A stretch of DNA of 47,047 nucleotides from an uncultured Candidatus Saccharibacteria bacterium (lineage in GTDB: Bacteria > Patescibacteriota > Minisyncoccia > Phycocordibacterales > WO2-35-19): the NCBI GenBank assembly GCA_964534305.1, contig CAZHPR010000004.1:1980-49026 (forward strand), written 5' to 3'. The notes below the pieces were generated by a model. That model did no database searches and was not told the origin of the DNA. It saw only the letters and a program-made list of their open reading frames with translations. A program made the position numbers and the translations under genes. This document shows positions 43,451 to 47,047 of this stretch, piece after piece. Position 1 is the first letter of the stretch. Every line of letters starts with the position of its first letter.

Positions 43451-43526
43451 ATATTTTTATAATTTATTGATTTGTATAGCTTTTTCTGATAAAATAGTAT
43501 TTTATTAGAAGTTAACGAAATTATTT

Positions 43527-44039
43527 TTGTCTAATTTTTTTAGAATCAATAACCAAATTAGGGCAGCTGAAGTAAGACTTCTCGGCCTTTCTGGTGAAAA
43601 TCTCGGTGTTGTATCAGTTGAGGAGGCGCTTAGAGTAGCAAAGGAAAACAATACCGACTTGGTAGAAATATCTCCAAATGCCGTCCCTCCTATTGTGAGG
43701 GTTATAGACTATGGCAAGTTTCTTTATAACGAAAACAAGAAACAAAAAGCCAGCAAAGCAAAGGTTCATACAGTAGAAATAAAGGGTATCCAGATAAAGG
43801 TTGGTACTGGTGATCATGACCTCGCCTTGAAAGCCAAGAAATCAAGTGAATGGTTAAAAGAGGGCCACAGAGTTAGAATTGACCTCTTTTTGCCTGGAAG
43901 GACAAAATATATGGATGAGAAGTTTTTGAAGGAGAGAATGGATAGGTTTTTTATGCTTTTGTCTGAAGAATACAAGGTTTCTGAGGGCCCCAAGAAGAGC
44001 CCAAAGGGCTTGACAGCAATAATAGAACGTGCAAAATAG
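43527..44039 (+). CDS. infC: Translation initiation factor IF-3
   Basis: INNQIRAAEVRLLG..GENLGVVS..EALRVAKENNTDLVEISPNAVPPIVRVIDYGKF. It has a non-ATG (TTG) start, as is usual for infC, and the order infC-rpmI-rplT is conserved. Confidence 0.9.
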   Translation: MSNFFRINNQIRAAEVRLLGLSGENLGVVSVEEALRVAKENNTDLVEISPNAVPPIVRVIDYGKFLYNENKKQKASKAKVHTVEIKGIQIKVGTGDHDLALKAKKSSEWLKEGHRVRIDLFLPGRTKYMDEKFLKERMDRFFMLLSEEYKVSEGPKKSPKGLTAIIERAK

Positions 44040-44050
44040 TATAGCCTAAT

Positions 44051-44236
44051 ATGAAAACAAACAAATCATTTCTAAAAAGGATAAAAGTGACAAGGAACGG
44101 CAAGTTGGTTACCAGAAAGATAGGCCAAAATCACTTTAACGCAAAGGACAGAACAAGAACAAGCCTTAAAAAGAGGGCTACTGTTTCTATAGAGATGAAA
44201 AACAAAGATAGAGGCAGATTTCTAAATAATGCTTAA
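44051..44236 (+). CDS. rpmI: 50S ribosomal protein bL35
   Basis: MKTNKSFLKRIKVTRNGKL..., 61 aa, located between infC and rplT. Confidence 0.9.
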   Translation: MKTNKSFLKRIKVTRNGKLVTRKIGQNHFNAKDRTRTSLKKRATVSIEMKNKDRGRFLNNA

Positions 44237-44282
44237 TTTGTTGAATTTTACATTTTTAATTTTAAACTTTTAATTTGAAACC

Positions 44283-44627
44283 ATGGCTAGAGTAAAAAGA
44301 GGAGTTAATGCGTTAAAAACACGCAAAAACGTACTAAAACAAGTAAAGGGATATAGATTTGGTAGAAGTACCAAGGAAAGAATGGCCTATGAAGCGATAG
44401 TCCACGCTGGATCGTATGCTTTTGCTCACAGAAAGGACAAAAAGAGTGATATGAGAAAGCTTTGGAACGTAAGAATAAATGCCGCTTTGGAGCAGAATGG
44501 TTTATCTTACAGCAAGTTTATCGGTTCCCTATCAAAGAAAAACATAAAACTAAATAGAAAAATGCTCTCCGAAATTGCTCAATTAAATCCTGGTTCGTTT
44601 AGCAAGGTGATAGAAATGGCAAAATAA
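44283..44627 (+). CDS. rplT: 50S ribosomal protein bL20
   Basis: MARVKRGVNALKTRKNVLKQVKGYRFGRS... Confidence 0.95.
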   Translation: MARVKRGVNALKTRKNVLKQVKGYRFGRSTKERMAYEAIVHAGSYAFAHRKDKKSDMRKLWNVRINAALEQNGLSYSKFIGSLSKKNIKLNRKMLSEIAQLNPGSFSKVIEMAK

Positions 44628-44629
44628 AC

Positions 44630-44658
44630 AAAAAATCCGACATGAAGTCGGATTTTTT
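44630..44658 (+). terminator. Rho-independent terminator after rplT
   Basis: AAAAAATCCGAC-ATGAA-GTCGGATTTTTT. Confidence 0.85.
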
Positions 44659-44800
44659 GTTTATTTTGCCTATCCACAGCTAAGTAGTCAACCTATTGCG
44701 TAAAAAATGGCTTATTATATACTTGGGTCTAGGAGGATGCTTGATTTATAACAAGAATCAAGCACGTGGAGGTATTGGAATTATAAACTAAATTAAAAAA

Positions 44801-45073
44801 ATGAATAAGCAAGATTTGGTAAATGCTATCCATGAGAAGTTGGGTGGTACAAAGGTTCAGGCAGAAGAAGTTGTGGAAACAATCATAAACTCAATAGTTA
44901 AAACTCTAAAGAGTGGTGGTGAAGTTTCTATTGCTGGCCTTGGTATCTTCTCAGCAAAGACTAGAGCTGCAAGAACAGCTAGGAATCCTAGGACTGGAGA
45001 AACTGTAAATGTTCCAGCTATGAAGGTTCCAAAATTCAGAGCTGCAAAGGCTTTGAAAGACTCTGTTAAATAA
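44801..45073 (+). CDS. hup: HU-family DNA-binding protein
   Basis: MNKQDLVNAI...GLGIFSAKTRAARTARNPRTGETVNVPAMKVPKFRAAKALKD. Confidence 0.95.
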   Translation: MNKQDLVNAIHEKLGGTKVQAEEVVETIINSIVKTLKSGGEVSIAGLGIFSAKTRAARTARNPRTGETVNVPAMKVPKFRAAKALKDSVK

Positions 45074-45123
45074 GCTTAGAGCTTTTAGCTAAAAGCTTAG
45101 TGGTTCAGAAAATTTTCCACTTA

Positions 45124-45158
45124 TCAAAATGCCCCGAGCTTTGCGAGGGGCATTTTGA
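45124..45158 (+). terminator. Hairpin terminator after hup
   Basis: 12-bp stem TCAAAATGCCCC / GGGGCATTTTGA with an 11-nt loop, followed by T-rich sequence. Confidence 0.65.
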
Positions 45159-45192
45159 TTTATGTATGTTTTTTGATAGCATACATAAGTAA

Positions 45193-45263
45193 GCGGGATT
45201 AGTTAAATGGTATAATATCGGTTTTCCAAACCGAGGTCGGGAGTTCGATTCTCCCATCCCGCA
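45193..45263 (+). tRNA. tRNA-Gly (anticodon UCC)
   Basis: Manual cloverleaf: GCGGGAT TA GTTA AATGGTA TAAT A TCGGT TTTCCAA ACCGA GGTC GGGAG TTCGATT CTCCC ATCCCGC A. Length is 71 nt. Confidence 0.9.
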
Positions 45264-45273
45264 CAATAAGAAC

Positions 45274-46155
45274 ATGGAAGGTCTAAAAAATGAGGGGGAC
45301 TTATATAAAACAGAAGTAAAAAAGTTTATAGATGAACAGCTTAATAAATTTGTAAATACCGAAGAGGACAAAGTATGGTCTGGCCTGTTAATGGCTCTAC
45401 CCGATCAATATTACGATTACGGTCTCAAAAAAGAATATCTTGAAAATTTTTTTGCCAATCTTGAAAAAAGCAATGATTTGCTTATGGCTTTACGGGAAAG
45501 TCCAGAGATATTTAATATTATTTTTCATTACACTTCACACGGGATACTAGAAAATCAGGATGAATTTGAATCATTAATATTTAATGCTAGGGAGAGAGGC
45601 AGGGAAAAACAAAGGAACGACCAAGAGAAACATCAGAGAATCTTGGAAAACCCATTTGCTACAGACCAGGAATATCGATTAGGTACTTATAAAGAGTCTT
45701 TAGAGAATCAGGTCCGTGATGCTGTACTAAAATTGCAAGAAAAGGGCTATCTTCCTATGGGTTCAGGGTTTGATAATTTAGTTTTAGGGTCCCAGCTTAT
45801 AGCGTTAAACAAAGAAGATGGTGTAGCGCAAACAATCACTGATGCGTTAAGGCAACACAATTTAAACGCTTTGGTTAAAACAAGTCGCGATCAAATACAT
45901 ATAATTTTTTTACCAAAAAACAGAAAAATGTCCTTAGAGGAATGGAAGAGATTGTGGGACAGTCTGGCTTACTGTTTGCCGGATATAAGTGTTGTAAAAG
46001 GTAAAAGAAATAGTGACAACGGGAATCAGGGTACTATATTCAGGGAAATTCAAGACAAAATAAAAGAAGGTAAAAATTCGAGGCTTGGTTCTGGACTCGC
46101 GTTTGTAGACGGCAAGGTGGTTCCGATGACCTACCAAGAATCTAAAAACCTATAA
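45274..46155 (+). CDS. Hypothetical protein
   Basis: 293-aa ORF with an ATG start 10 nt after tRNA-Gly. No recognisable motif. Confidence 0.5.
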   Translation: MEGLKNEGDLYKTEVKKFIDEQLNKFVNTEEDKVWSGLLMALPDQYYDYGLKKEYLENFFANLEKSNDLLMALRESPEIFNIIFHYTSHGILENQDEFESLIFNARERGREKQRNDQEKHQRILENPFATDQEYRLGTYKESLENQVRDAVLKLQEKGYLPMGSGFDNLVLGSQLIALNKEDGVAQTITDALRQHNLNALVKTSRDQIHIIFLPKNRKMSLEEWKRLWDSLAYCLPDISVVKGKRNSDNGNQGTIFREIQDKIKEGKNSRLGSGLAFVDGKVVPMTYQESKNL

Positions 46156-46176
46156 ATCTGTAATCGGCGATAAGGT

Positions 46177-46479
46177 CTACTGGTTCTTTTTTATACTGAC
46201 CAGCTTATCAAAACTGTCATTAGTTGAAAGTTTGTTTTTCTTGATCTCGCCGCATTTCTGGCACTTTTGGACCACTCTCCACTCCCCCGCCTGCTCTTCT
46301 GTCCCTATAGGCTCCATAAGGCCACAGCAGTTGTTTGCGCGGTCTCCGGGGTGAATATCTACGTGTTTGCTCCAAAGACAATGCGGACAATGATTTGTGT
46401 AGCCATTGCCATCTACGTTTTCACCGCAATTTTCACAATTGAAATTTTCTACTACTTTTTTAAACTTCTGGTCGCTCAT
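46177..46479 (-). CDS. RNHCP-domain zinc-ribbon protein
   Basis: FNCENCGENV..GYTNHCPHCLWSKHVDIHPGDRANNCCGLMEP...CQKCGE matches the RNHCP domain pattern as I recall it. Confidence 0.7.
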   Translation of the reverse strand: MSDQKFKKVVENFNCENCGENVDGNGYTNHCPHCLWSKHVDIHPGDRANNCCGLMEPIGTEEQAGEWRVVQKCQKCGEIKKNKLSTNDSFDKLVSIKKNQ

Positions 46480-46921
46480 GGTGTGGTAAGTGCATATGAG
46501 AAACTATTCCCAACGCTGCTGCAATAATAACTAAATTTTTAATAATATACTGCCCTTCTAGGGTTGGCACAAATGCTCTCTGCCAAGCTACCTCTGGGAG
46601 CAGCACAAGAGGCAAGAAGGTTGTGACCATATGAAGAGCAAGCATTGCGATAGAAACCCTTACAAGTTTGGGAAACAAGAACGACAATCCAATGATTGCT
46701 TCAAATAACCCAAAAAGGAATATAAAAGTCTCAAAACTTATAAACGGCATTGTTTCTTCAAGGAGCTTGGAAACCAGTGGGTTTGCGGGGCTCTCATCAA
46801 TAACCTTAAGAGCACCAAACCAGAAGAATACAACAAAGAGAGAAAACCTAGCAAAAGGTATACTACAAGCCCTGGCGCACCTTATAAATATTCTGTCACA
46901 AAAATCCAATATCGATTGCAT
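46460..46921 (-). CDS. Hypothetical four-helix membrane protein (DoxX/DUF417-like)
   Basis: 153 aa with four hydrophobic segments. It overlaps the downstream RNHCP gene by 20 nt. Confidence 0.45.
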   Translation of the reverse strand: MQSILDFCDRIFIRCARACSIPFARFSLFVVFFWFGALKVIDESPANPLVSKLLEETMPFISFETFIFLFGLFEAIIGLSFLFPKLVRVSIAMLALHMVTTFLPLVLLPEVAWQRAFVPTLEGQYIIKNLVIIAAALGIVSHMHLPHHERPEV

Positions 46922-46971
46922 GTTTTGAGATTGGCTTAATTAATGATTTTATTGTATCATCTTTTAATCAT

Positions 46972-47042
46972 CGGAGTGTAGTATAGTGGTAGTATAAATG
47001 CTTTGGGAGCATTAGGTCCGAGTTCGATTCTCGGCACTCCGA
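46972..47042 (+). tRNA. tRNA-Pro (anticodon UGG)
   Basis: Manual cloverleaf: CGGAGTG TA GTAT AGTGGTA GTAT A AATGC TTTGGGA GCATT AGGT CCGAG TTCGATT CTCGG CACTCCG A. The D-stem has two G-U pairs, and G37 is as expected for Pro. Confidence 0.85.
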
Positions 47043-47047
47043 ACGAA

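Noticed and set aside
1-47047. CRISPR arrays, rRNA genes, prophage or integrase genes, toxin-antitoxin pairs
   Set aside because: I looked for regularly spaced direct repeats, rRNA signatures, and integrase, terminase or small paired ORFs, and found none. The only repeat families are the GC-rich hairpins, the AGCT palindromes and the TR/VR pair.

Overview
Visibly AT-rich bacterial chromosome segment. It has compact genes and a housekeeping backbone: rpsT, ruvA, murE-like, mutM, polA, tsaE, pilB-like ATPase, ruvB, yebC-like, ruvC, tyrS, a class A PBP, dnaN-dnaA | rpmH-rnpA-yidC (replication origin region), rsmA, pcrA/uvrD, infC-rpmI-rplT, hup, and three tRNAs. The gene content (PrgI-like and T4SS-pilin-like proteins, DUF559 genes, a DGR, short housekeeping proteins) suggests a CPR/Patescibacteria-type organism. 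That placement is inference only.

Three accessory systems stand out.

(1) A complete diversity-generating retroelement lies at 4143-6743. It comprises the RT, a 116-bp TR at 5551-5666 and a VR at 5968-6083 with 17 mismatches, all at TR adenines, plus a GC-rich target gene. The architecture is unusual. An Avd-like gene sits inverted between TR and RT and overlaps the RT 5' end. A C10/G10 homopolymer in the overlap sets the reading frame of both genes. An 11-nt tract would give both genes ATG starts, while the assembled 10-nt tract leaves avd without a start codon.

(2) A roughly 13.5-kb, 12-gene, single-strand operon lies at 25943-39446. It encodes a type IV secretion-like apparatus: a VirB4 ATPase, a PrgI/VirB3-like protein, a VirB6/TrbL-like protein, a VirB2-type pilin fused to a possible zinc peptidase, and several secreted proteins. 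No coupling protein, relaxase or VirB11 is present in the window.

(3) A family of GC-rich hairpin repeats is scattered through the window. Inverted pairs bracket two DUF559 endonuclease genes in transposon-like cassettes. One solo copy is inserted in frame inside tsaE.

All calls come from reading the sequence and ORF translations. No database search or folding computation was run.
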